Below are positions 9,932 through 17,016 of a DNA stretch of 58,238 bases, piece after piece. A program made the translations under genes and the position numbers. The notes under the pieces were generated by a model. It was not told where the DNA came from and did not search any database. It saw nothing but the letters and a program-made list of their open reading frames with translations. This stretch comes from Candidatus Didemnitutus sp. Its GTDB lineage: Bacteria; Bacteroidota; Ignavibacteria; Kapaibacteriales; Kapaibacteriaceae. How positions within the stretch are numbered: position 1 is the stretch's first letter; every line of letters begins with the position of its first letter. The stretch covers positions 1 through 58,238 of the forward strand of contig DATGWS010000231.1 in the NCBI GenBank assembly GCA_035299365.1, read 5' to 3'.

Positions 9932-10064
9932 TGCTAGAGGATACCCTCAGTAGTAAATCAGTATCGGCAATATCGGCCCCAGATCCGATACTTACAGTAC
10001 ATCGTTGGGGTAAATCGGGATCGGGGTTGGCCTGGCTAGCCCCTTTCCCGCCCCGACATAGACA

Positions 10065-10844
10065 TTACCGGGGTTGGACTACCGTTGGAAGCCTTCCGTT
10101 GATAGCTTGAACCGGCCGATTGTTATCATGGATACGTTGATGAATGGCATTGATAGCGAGAGGGTGTGTTGGCCGTGGTTCACGCATCACCAGCCATTGC
10201 ACATTTTCTGTGCAAGGGGGAGTGGTGAAGGAACCTACATAGTGATAGACAGATGCTGATGTGGGCAATAGTTCGTCGAGATCAATGATGACATCTTTGA
10301 GTACCAGCCTCTCACCAGGCTTCGAAGGCAGGTGGTGGATCATCTCATCATAGTGTGTCTTCGCTGTGCTATCAGATGAACACAATACTGCGAGTACGGC
10401 AAAGCGTCCGTCTTCACTTTGATGTACGAAGTGTACTTCCATAGGAAATGCCATGCCCCCTACGCGATGTTCACTTGGTGTATGAAAGTGGAACTGCTTA
10501 AGAGTATACGTTACGCCATCAATCTCGATCGTACTTCCCGGATCACACGTCACTTGGATCGTGTGACCATTATTGATGATCTCTTCAACATGTTCGTGAT
10601 GCGAAATGGCCAATCTCGTTGTACCATACGAGCGCTGAATATTCTTGGTGCCATTAGCAGATCCCAGAGGGATATCAACCGGCGATTGCTGATCGCCCGC
10701 ACTACACACCGCATACACAGGCGAAAGTTCAGCCCAGTTTGCTGGACCGATCTTTCCCGAATACCCCCAATGCTCAGGCCGAGCAGACTTGTTGGATGAA
10801 CATGCAATTAGTCCGCACGAAAGAAGAAACAACAATTCTCTCAT
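10065..10844 (-). CDS. alpha-class carbonic anhydrase, lipoprotein
   Basis: Trimmed to ATG 10844 (MRELLFLLSCGLIAC, lipobox). Motifs 'HWGYSGKIGPANW', 'QSPVDI', 'GHTIQV', 'KQFHFHTPSEH' and 'MEVHFVH' include the zinc His triad. Confidence 0.85.
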   Translation of the reverse strand: MRELLFLLSCGLIACSSNKSARPEHWGYSGKIGPANWAELSPVYAVCSAGDQQSPVDIPLGSANGTKNIQRSYGTTRLAISHHEHVEEIINNGHTIQVTCDPGSTIEIDGVTYTLKQFHFHTPSEHRVGGMAFPMEVHFVHQSEDGRFAVLAVLCSSDSTAKTHYDEMIHHLPSKPGERLVLKDVIIDLDELLPTSASVYHYVGSFTTPPCTENVQWLVMREPRPTHPLAINAIHQRIHDNNRPVQAINGRLPTVVQPR

Positions 10845-10851
10845 GATGTAT

Positions 10852-13356
10852 TTATTCTGACTTGATGAATGTGGAATGTGCAATATTCTCACCAGAACGT
10901 AGCACAACATGATACAACCCGAGTGGGAACTCACGAACATCCACCTCCACAGTCCGCTCCGACGCCGAAGTACTCCGCATAACCATCCTCCCGGTGTAGT
11001 CAGATACCGTTATGGAGCAGTGCTCCATCATTACTGGCACATCAATGGTGATCTTATCATTTGCCGGATTCGGAAACACGTTCAATTGAAGGGGCTGTCC
11101 CAACTCCACAGACGAATTCTCTGCAAGTGAGGTAGGACTGTCGTCGATCAAGAGCCTGGCAATGTTCTGCACAGGGTAGGAGTTAACTGAATCAAACCCA
11201 CCGTAGACGTACATGGTGTCCGTTGACACGATAGATATGCCTCTCACGGACCATTTGACCACACAACGAAATGTTGTGTCTGTGGTACCATCTTCGTTCA
11301 GGCGAACAACGCGAGTGCCACCCGCGATCACGGGACGATCTTTGTGGTCTACTGTGAGTTCATTAACATCAATACTCGAGATAAGATCCATAGCGAACGT
11401 TCTATCGAGCTGGCCGTTAGAACGAAGGCGAGCAACATTGCCGTAGATAATGTTGTTGACCGACTGGAAGTCACCTGAGATTACGATGTTGTTCTTGCTA
11501 TCGACAGCGAAGTGCTTCACCGTTGAGTACGCTCTAAAACTAGGCGGGTCAAGCGTCCACGTTGTTATGAACGTTGTGTCGAGGTCACCACTGGCGAGTA
11601 CTCGTATCACCTGTTTCACTGGCTTCCCGTTGTACTTCGACATTGCTCCTCCAACAACTATCATACCGCCACCAGCTGGTGCAATTGCAAACACGGCAGT
11701 ATCGACTCCCGATCCTGGGTTGAAAGTTAGGTCCACCTTTCCTGCAGTGTTCAGCTTGGCAATACCCGGGCGAGTTACGCCGTCCACCGTTTGAAAGATC
11801 CCGGCAATGAAGGTGCTGCCATCCTCGTTAAAACAGACTGTTCGAATGCGGTTGTTGAGTGTAGAATCTACCTTATACTCCGCATCTCTCGTACCATCAG
11901 GGAGTAGACGGTAGATAGTGGAAAGTCCCGCCGGACCCACGTCCGTTGCTACCTGCGTTTGATCCAGCACCATCATAGCCTTGTTTGCTAGGATGTGCGA
12001 CTTCACAATGGAACGTCTGCCCAAGAGTTCGATTGGATGCCCATCCTGACGAAAGCCGTCTAGAATTCCACCGCGAGGATCGATCGTGAAAGATGGTCCA
12101 AGTTGGAGTGTGTCATTCGACACCTGTGATCCACCGATGAACATTGATCCATCCTGCAGTTGTTGGACAGATTCAATATTTCCATCAAGGCCACAATGAA
12201 CGTTGTAGCTATGGTCAACCCGTCCGTTCTCAATAAGACGGAACATTCGTTGATGATACACGCGATCTACAATGTCTCCCCAGCCATAGGCTATCAATGT
12301 TCCTGTTGTTTCGGGACAAACACCGAGTAGTTGGCCTTGCCCGGGATTCTCGATCGTAAATGAGGAATCCACGTTGCCATTGGCATTCAGTCTATCAACT
12401 AAACCAGTCCACGTTGAGGTCCGCCCGTTGACCATTAGCTGTCCGGATGGCAACAAGGTGATACCTTCCGGGTGGCGGCCCGTAGTATCGTAGGGACCGA
12501 AGGACGAGTCCAGACGGCCATCAAAGGAGTATCGCGATAGCTTGGGCGTTTGGCCTGATACAACCGACCCGCGCTGAAGGACGACCATACCCAGGTTGTT
12601 CTGCACAACAATGTCATCCACGATCGAACCTGAATCAAGTAGCACGCTGAATGTCTCGTCCAGAACACCCTGTGGTGATAGTCTTGCTAGGCCACTTCGA
12701 GACTTCCCGCCGATAGAATCAAACGATCCTCCGATATAGATTCGACCCAGAGAATCAACGGCTATACAATTGACAATTCTGCCCTTCATTATTGGGCGAA
12801 TGAACGTTGCATCCAACGCGCCGTCCTTTGTCAGCCTCGTACATGCGTATTGAGTGGTGTTCACCGTGTCCCAATGTCTTCCTCCAAGAATGATCCGATC
12901 TAATGGATCGATGCACATTGCTTGTACGAATCCCCCAGTGACACTATCGGCGGAGAACGCTGTGTCTACAACACCGTTTTGATCGAAGCCAAGAACCCCA
13001 AGAAAGATTGCTCTTGAAGATTCATGACGAGCAACAACTATTCTTCCTGATCCTTGTTTGCCAATTGCTACCGCACTTCCGCGTTGCAATTCAGAGTATA
13101 CAGGCAGATCAGGCACAAGCATTCCTGATCGATCGAACTTTGCCGTTTGAATAGTGAAATCAGCGTCTTTGTAGCGGAAGGACCCTATAGCGAACGTGAA
13201 ACCGTCTTCGACCTCCACCATTCCCCTAACTTCTTCGATCGTTACATTAGAACACTGCATCTGAGATTTGATCCCAAACGAAGTATCTACCCTCACAACC
13301 TGAGCGCTGCCGATCACTGAGGCGCTGAGTAGCAGCGCAAGCATAAGCGTCTTCAT
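10852..13356 (-). CDS. secreted delta-60-repeat (DUF5122-type) beta-propeller protein with T9SS CTD
   Basis: Trimmed to ATG 13356 (MKTLMLALLLSASVIGSAQV). About 9 recurring 'G.(L/V)D.(T/S)F' repeats (GALDATF, GVLDETF, GRLDSSF, GNVDSSF, GKVDLTF, GDLDTTF, GQLDRTF...). C-terminus 'LNVFPNPANDKITIDV...LGLYHVVLRSGENIAHSTFIKSE'. Confidence 0.65.
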   Translation of the reverse strand: MKTLMLALLLSASVIGSAQVVRVDTSFGIKSQMQCSNVTIEEVRGMVEVEDGFTFAIGSFRYKDADFTIQTAKFDRSGMLVPDLPVYSELQRGSAVAIGKQGSGRIVVARHESSRAIFLGVLGFDQNGVVDTAFSADSVTGGFVQAMCIDPLDRIILGGRHWDTVNTTQYACTRLTKDGALDATFIRPIMKGRIVNCIAVDSLGRIYIGGSFDSIGGKSRSGLARLSPQGVLDETFSVLLDSGSIVDDIVVQNNLGMVVLQRGSVVSGQTPKLSRYSFDGRLDSSFGPYDTTGRHPEGITLLPSGQLMVNGRTSTWTGLVDRLNANGNVDSSFTIENPGQGQLLGVCPETTGTLIAYGWGDIVDRVYHQRMFRLIENGRVDHSYNVHCGLDGNIESVQQLQDGSMFIGGSQVSNDTLQLGPSFTIDPRGGILDGFRQDGHPIELLGRRSIVKSHILANKAMMVLDQTQVATDVGPAGLSTIYRLLPDGTRDAEYKVDSTLNNRIRTVCFNEDGSTFIAGIFQTVDGVTRPGIAKLNTAGKVDLTFNPGSGVDTAVFAIAPAGGGMIVVGGAMSKYNGKPVKQVIRVLASGDLDTTFITTWTLDPPSFRAYSTVKHFAVDSKNNIVISGDFQSVNNIIYGNVARLRSNGQLDRTFAMDLISSIDVNELTVDHKDRPVIAGGTRVVRLNEDGTTDTTFRCVVKWSVRGISIVSTDTMYVYGGFDSVNSYPVQNIARLLIDDSPTSLAENSSVELGQPLQLNVFPNPANDKITIDVPVMMEHCSITVSDYTGRMVMRSTSASERTVEVDVREFPLGLYHVVLRSGENIAHSTFIKSE

Positions 13357-13410
13357 AGTACCCCTTCTGATTTCAGGTATCAACAACAACAATGATGATT
13401 CGTTTCCCAC

Positions 13411-13436
13411 TGTTCGCTATTCGCTATTCGCTATTC
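13411..13436 (-). repeat. heptamer tandem repeat (GAAYAGY)x~3.7, starting at the stop codon of the upstream gene
   Basis: The minus strand reads TGAATAGCGAATAGCGAATAGCGAACAGTG. The TGA of the Omp85-like gene (13435-13437) is part of the first unit. Same unit family as 40201-40270. Confidence 0.8.
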
Positions 13437-14559
13437 AAAAAGCTTCGTTGAAACTCAGATAGAACTGCACATCTCCCCTTGCGACCCCAGCGTCGAGTCG
13501 AAGTGAGATGCGTTCCTTTTCGTCGAACACGAACCGCAAGCCCCCTCCCCAACCTATCCAAAGGGATCGTGGACTGAGGAGTTCTGGTTTTGCCGCAACT
13601 TGACCTGCATCGATGAATGTTGCGCCACGAAAACGCCAGTAGATAGGAAACCGCAATTCGGCACTTGTGAGAATGGATATTCGATCGCGTTGTTGTGCGT
13701 CGATTACTCCGCGCAGATTGTTGTTTCCGCCAATGGATGGCCACATGATGAAGGTTGGAGTGCCAGCAATGTTCTGCATCATCAATCGGGCTGCGATGGA
13801 AACGCCATCTGTGATCTCGGTGTAGGCTCGTAGGTCAGCGGAGGTTAGTGTGGCTGTATAGGTACTGCCCAACATTGGACCGTATGCCACAAGAGTGGCT
13901 TCACAAAAGAGCCCCTTTCTAGCATCGAAGTTGTTATCGCGCGTGTCGTAGGAGATCATAGGGCCAATACCGTTGTACCACCCACCCGTACTGCCAACAA
14001 CAGATCCGGAGCCGAGCGGACCTATCGATCCATCTTCACGTGGTTCAATCTTCCGTATATCATCATACCGAACGTCAAGTCTAAGTCCAGCGCTGAGTCC
14101 ATTCTGTACACGCACACCACCTATCGCATGCAACGCTCGAACCTGCACGCGAAAGCCATTCGGTGTATAGAGTTCGGCATTTGAAGCGGGGTTCTCATTC
14201 CCGATCCCGAAGAATTTGTACGGATAGAGATACCACTCAGCAAGACCTTCTATGCGCATTCGATTACTGTCGAGATAGATCTCCGGATACAACCCTGCCG
14301 AGAACTGCGCATTCTGCGTTGCCTGCAACGCCACGGCCATCGATGATGCTCTGTACGTGGCATCCGATTCCGTTCTGTACTTCAGAAATGCCGTTAGCAC
14401 TCCCATGAACCGGGTTTCCGGGAAATACGCCACGATGGGAATGATCTCCCAGTCGAATCCGGTTTTTAAGGTGTCAGGGGGCTTCTCTTGCGCTCGCAGT
14501 AAGGCAGGACGTAGACAAACCACCAATACCAGGAGAGTGAAAACTACTCGCAGCCGCAT
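13435..14559 (-). CDS. Omp85/BamA-family outer-membrane beta-barrel protein (no obvious POTRA array)
   Basis: Trimmed to ATG 14559 (MRLRVVFTLLVLVVCL...). 'SIGGNNNLRGV' surface-antigen motif. Alternating beta-strand pattern and terminal '...YLSFNEAF' ending in Phe. Confidence 0.55.
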   Translation of the reverse strand: MRLRVVFTLLVLVVCLRPALLRAQEKPPDTLKTGFDWEIIPIVAYFPETRFMGVLTAFLKYRTESDATYRASSMAVALQATQNAQFSAGLYPEIYLDSNRMRIEGLAEWYLYPYKFFGIGNENPASNAELYTPNGFRVQVRALHAIGGVRVQNGLSAGLRLDVRYDDIRKIEPREDGSIGPLGSGSVVGSTGGWYNGIGPMISYDTRDNNFDARKGLFCEATLVAYGPMLGSTYTATLTSADLRAYTEITDGVSIAARLMMQNIAGTPTFIMWPSIGGNNNLRGVIDAQQRDRISILTSAELRFPIYWRFRGATFIDAGQVAAKPELLSPRSLWIGWGGGLRFVFDEKERISLRLDAGVARGDVQFYLSFNEAF

Positions 14560-15257
14560 TCTTGACCCTTTGCCTTGGCAAAACACTCTCGGCCTTCGGT
14601 GATACTGAACCATATCAAGGCAAGAGCTCCGATAGCATCGGCGTACGGAAAGCCCCATAGCTCATAGATAGCTGACGAAAGCAGAACGGCTATACTCATG
14701 TAAATACAGACCATTGTACAATTTGCATCGGCTAGGATGGCAGAACTCTGCAGGGCTACTCCTACTCGGCGTTTAGCCAGAACAAGGGCAGTCATGGTGA
14801 CAATGGAGACGCCGGCTACTACCACGCCCCAAAACGTTGATTCCGGTTGAGCACCGGTGAGGATATTTATCACAATGGTTATGGCGAGTGTTGCAGCTAG
14901 TCCGTAGAAGGACCAGCCGGTTATCAAGAGGGCAGAACGTTCAAAGGAAGATCGGTCACGACTCGAGCACGATGAGCCCGCCCGCTCTAGACGACGAACC
15001 ATGACTAGTACCCCTAGACCAGAGATCGTCTCAATAAAACTGTCCACTCCAAAACCAAAGAGAGCCAACGTCTCGTCCTGATATCCAAGGCCCGTAGAAA
15101 CAATCCCCTCTACAAGGTTGTAGAAGACTGTGCCCAGGGCCAGAAACCGTGCAATTCGGTAGAGTGAAGGTGTGTCTAGAAGCATTCTAGGCGTTAATCT
15201 AACGACACGGGCCCCGTTGAAGATTTTTTTCGGCGGGGCTTGCGTGGAATTATCCAC
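14544..15257 (-). CDS. CDF-like cation transporter membrane domain (no cytoplasmic C-terminal domain)
   Basis: GTG start. About 6 TM segments. Acidic and polar residues sit inside the TMs ('FGFGVDSFIETISGL', 'LADANCTMVC'). Cys-rich tail 'ECFAKAKGQECGCE'. Confidence 0.45.
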   Translation of the reverse strand: MDNSTQAPPKKIFNGARVVRLTPRMLLDTPSLYRIARFLALGTVFYNLVEGIVSTGLGYQDETLALFGFGVDSFIETISGLGVLVMVRRLERAGSSCSSRDRSSFERSALLITGWSFYGLAATLAITIVINILTGAQPESTFWGVVVAGVSIVTMTALVLAKRRVGVALQSSAILADANCTMVCIYMSIAVLLSSAIYELWGFPYADAIGALALIWFSITEGRECFAKAKGQECGCE

Positions 15258-15262
15258 ACGCT

Positions 15263-15270
15263 TAAGTTTG
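15263..15270 (+). promoter_or_regulatory. Bacteroidetes-type -7 promoter element candidate (TAnnTTTG) upstream of the Rrf2/nos operon
   Basis: TAAGTTTG lies 42 nt upstream of ATG 15313 in a 55-bp divergent spacer. This is a consensus match only. Confidence 0.3.
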
Positions 15271-15312
15271 CGATAAGAGACTCACGTATCACCAATCCCA
15301 TCCACACTTGCC

Positions 15313-15741
15313 ATGCTTTCAAAGTCCTCTACATACGCTATCCAAGCACTTGCCTACCTGGCTTCCAAGGGGACTGGAACCGAGTACACTCCTATTTCAG
15401 AGATTGCTGAAGCAATGTCCATCCCATACCACTTCCTCAAGAAGATCATGGCTGAACTTGCCCAAAAGGGGCTTCTCAATTCCCAAAGAAGTGCCAAGGG
15501 TGGTGTGGGGCTGAGCAGAGAGTCGAAGTCCATCGCCTTGGTGGACATCATCGAGGCTCTGGATGGACCCGCACTTTTCAATGAATGTCTCTTGGGACTC
15601 CCAGGCTGCGGTGAAAAGACCCCATGTGCGATGCACAATGCCTGGGCAACAGAACGAACACGTTTACGACTCATGTTTTCATCCACCACACTGGCCGACA
15701 TCGCTTCACGCGTCCAATCCAAGGGATTCAGGATTTCCTGA
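15313..15741 (+). CDS. Rrf2-family transcriptional regulator (NsrR/IscR-like, three-Cys cluster site)
   Basis: 'MLSKSSTYAIQALAYLA' winged-HTH N-terminus. Cys triad 'CLLGLPGCGEKTPC'. Confidence 0.8.
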   Translation: MLSKSSTYAIQALAYLASKGTGTEYTPISEIAEAMSIPYHFLKKIMAELAQKGLLNSQRSAKGGVGLSRESKSIALVDIIEALDGPALFNECLLGLPGCGEKTPCAMHNAWATERTRLRLMFSSTTLADIASRVQSKGFRIS

Positions 15742-15757
15742 AACTCTGGGACGCTAA

Positions 15758-15782
15758 AGTGATATGCGACTCCTTTATCACT
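15758..15782 (+). promoter_or_regulatory. 7-bp inverted repeat AGTGATA-N11-TATCACT abutting the RIC start codon
   Basis: AGTGATA 15758-15764 and TATCACT 15776-15782, with ATG at 15783. Candidate operator or translation-masking hairpin. Confidence 0.35.
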
Positions 15783-16478
15783 ATGGTCACCATACAATCA
15801 CCAATTGCAGAGATCCTTCGGGACTCTCCCCAATCCGTTGGGGTTTTCCACCGCCTCGGAATTGACTACTGCTGTGGAGGTAAAACTCCATTGAACGAGG
15901 CATGTCAGGACAGAGGCATAGATGCCTCAGAGGTCCTACGCGAAGTACTAAGTGTAACTGACGGAGAGGCCTTCGGGAATCTTCATGCTGATCTCTGGTC
16001 CACGGACTTTCTCATTTCATTCATCGTAGCAAATCACCACAGCTACCTCCGTACGGTACTCCCTTTGGCAATCGGACAGATGACAAAGGTGGTTTCAAAA
16101 CACGGCGAACGTTTTCTCGACGCTCCGGCTATCCTTGAGCTGCTTGTTGAGTTACAAACCACTCTGCTAGCACATCTGGATGATGAAGAGGAAGTGCTAT
16201 TCTCCCCGGCCATTTCCGCTCTCACTGCTGAGCAGATTCAGTCTATTGTGTCCACGCACGAAACGGAACATGAAGAGGTTGGGCGCAAGCTTCAACGACT
16301 TCGTGCAATCACGTCTGACTTCACAGCACCTGAGGGTGCGTGCACAACACACCGTTCTGCATACAGCTCCATGAAGTCCTTCTACGAAGACACCATGCAG
16401 CATGTATTCCTCGAGAACGCCGTTCTCTTTCCGCAATTGGTTGTGAAGGTGAAGAACGCTTCAGCAACCCACCACTAA
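15783..16478 (+). CDS. ytfE: iron-sulfur cluster repair di-iron protein (RIC / ScdA / YtfE family)
   Basis: Trimmed to ATG 15783. The ScdA_N motif 'LGIDYCCGGKTPLNEAC' is followed by hemerythrin-like His/Glu helices ('ANHHSYLR', 'HLDDEEEVLF', 'THETEHEEV'). Confidence 0.8.
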   Translation: MVTIQSPIAEILRDSPQSVGVFHRLGIDYCCGGKTPLNEACQDRGIDASEVLREVLSVTDGEAFGNLHADLWSTDFLISFIVANHHSYLRTVLPLAIGQMTKVVSKHGERFLDAPAILELLVELQTTLLAHLDDEEEVLFSPAISALTAEQIQSIVSTHETEHEEVGRKLQRLRAITSDFTAPEGACTTHRSAYSSMKSFYEDTMQHVFLENAVLFPQLVVKVKNASATHH

Positions 16479-16493
16479 GTACATCATTCTTCA

Positions 16494-16979
16494 ATGGAGA
16501 CGAACATGAAAGCAACCATCTATAGCAGACTTCTTGGACTCGCGATGCTGCTGTTTACGACGGCAGGATTTGGTGCCTGTACACAAGACGGCGGAGACAA
16601 GAAGGAAGAAGCCCCCTCCTTTATGGAGACGCAACAGGAGAAGAAGACCTACGGAAAGATCAAGAAGGTAGATGTAGGTTCAACAATCGATGCCACCATG
16701 GCAAAGTCCGGCAAAGAGGTCTTTGAGATGAAATGCACGGCGTGCCACAAGTATGACGAGCGCTACGTAGGCCCGGCACTGGGCAAGGTAACTGAACGCC
16801 GCACTCCCGAATACATCATGAACATGATCCTAGACACCGAAACCATGATCGAGAATGATGATACGGTGAAGTGTCTACTCCAAGAGTTCATGATGAAGAT
16901 GCCAAATCAAAGCGTTGATGAGAAGGAGGCGCGCGGTGTATTGGAACACCTCCGCGAACATGCCGCAACAGGTAAATGA
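16494..16979 (+). CDS. mono-haem c-type cytochrome, lipoprotein-like (clade II nos-associated)
   Basis: Hydrophobic leader ending '...TTAGFGAC'. Haem site 'CTACH' and distal 'FMMKMPNQ'. Lies immediately upstream of nosZ. Confidence 0.75.
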   Translation: METNMKATIYSRLLGLAMLLFTTAGFGACTQDGGDKKEEAPSFMETQQEKKTYGKIKKVDVGSTIDATMAKSGKEVFEMKCTACHKYDERYVGPALGKVTERRTPEYIMNMILDTETMIENDDTVKCLLQEFMMKMPNQSVDEKEARGVLEHLREHAATGK

Positions 16980-17016
16980 CAACAACATGCCCACTCACTA
17001 TTTCAGGAATACTCGT

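Noticed and set aside
16915-17016. Long N-terminal extensions offered by the ORF track: NosZ from 16915, NosD from 22709, MraY from 44651, RIC from 15624, NosL from 19536, carbonic anhydrase to 10940, propeller protein to 13410, receptor to 55229.
   Set aside because: The extensions overlap the preceding gene in another frame and are Arg/Ser/Cys-rich with no family similarity. An internal ATG gives a clean signal peptide or the conserved family N-terminus, often with an ATGA overlap.
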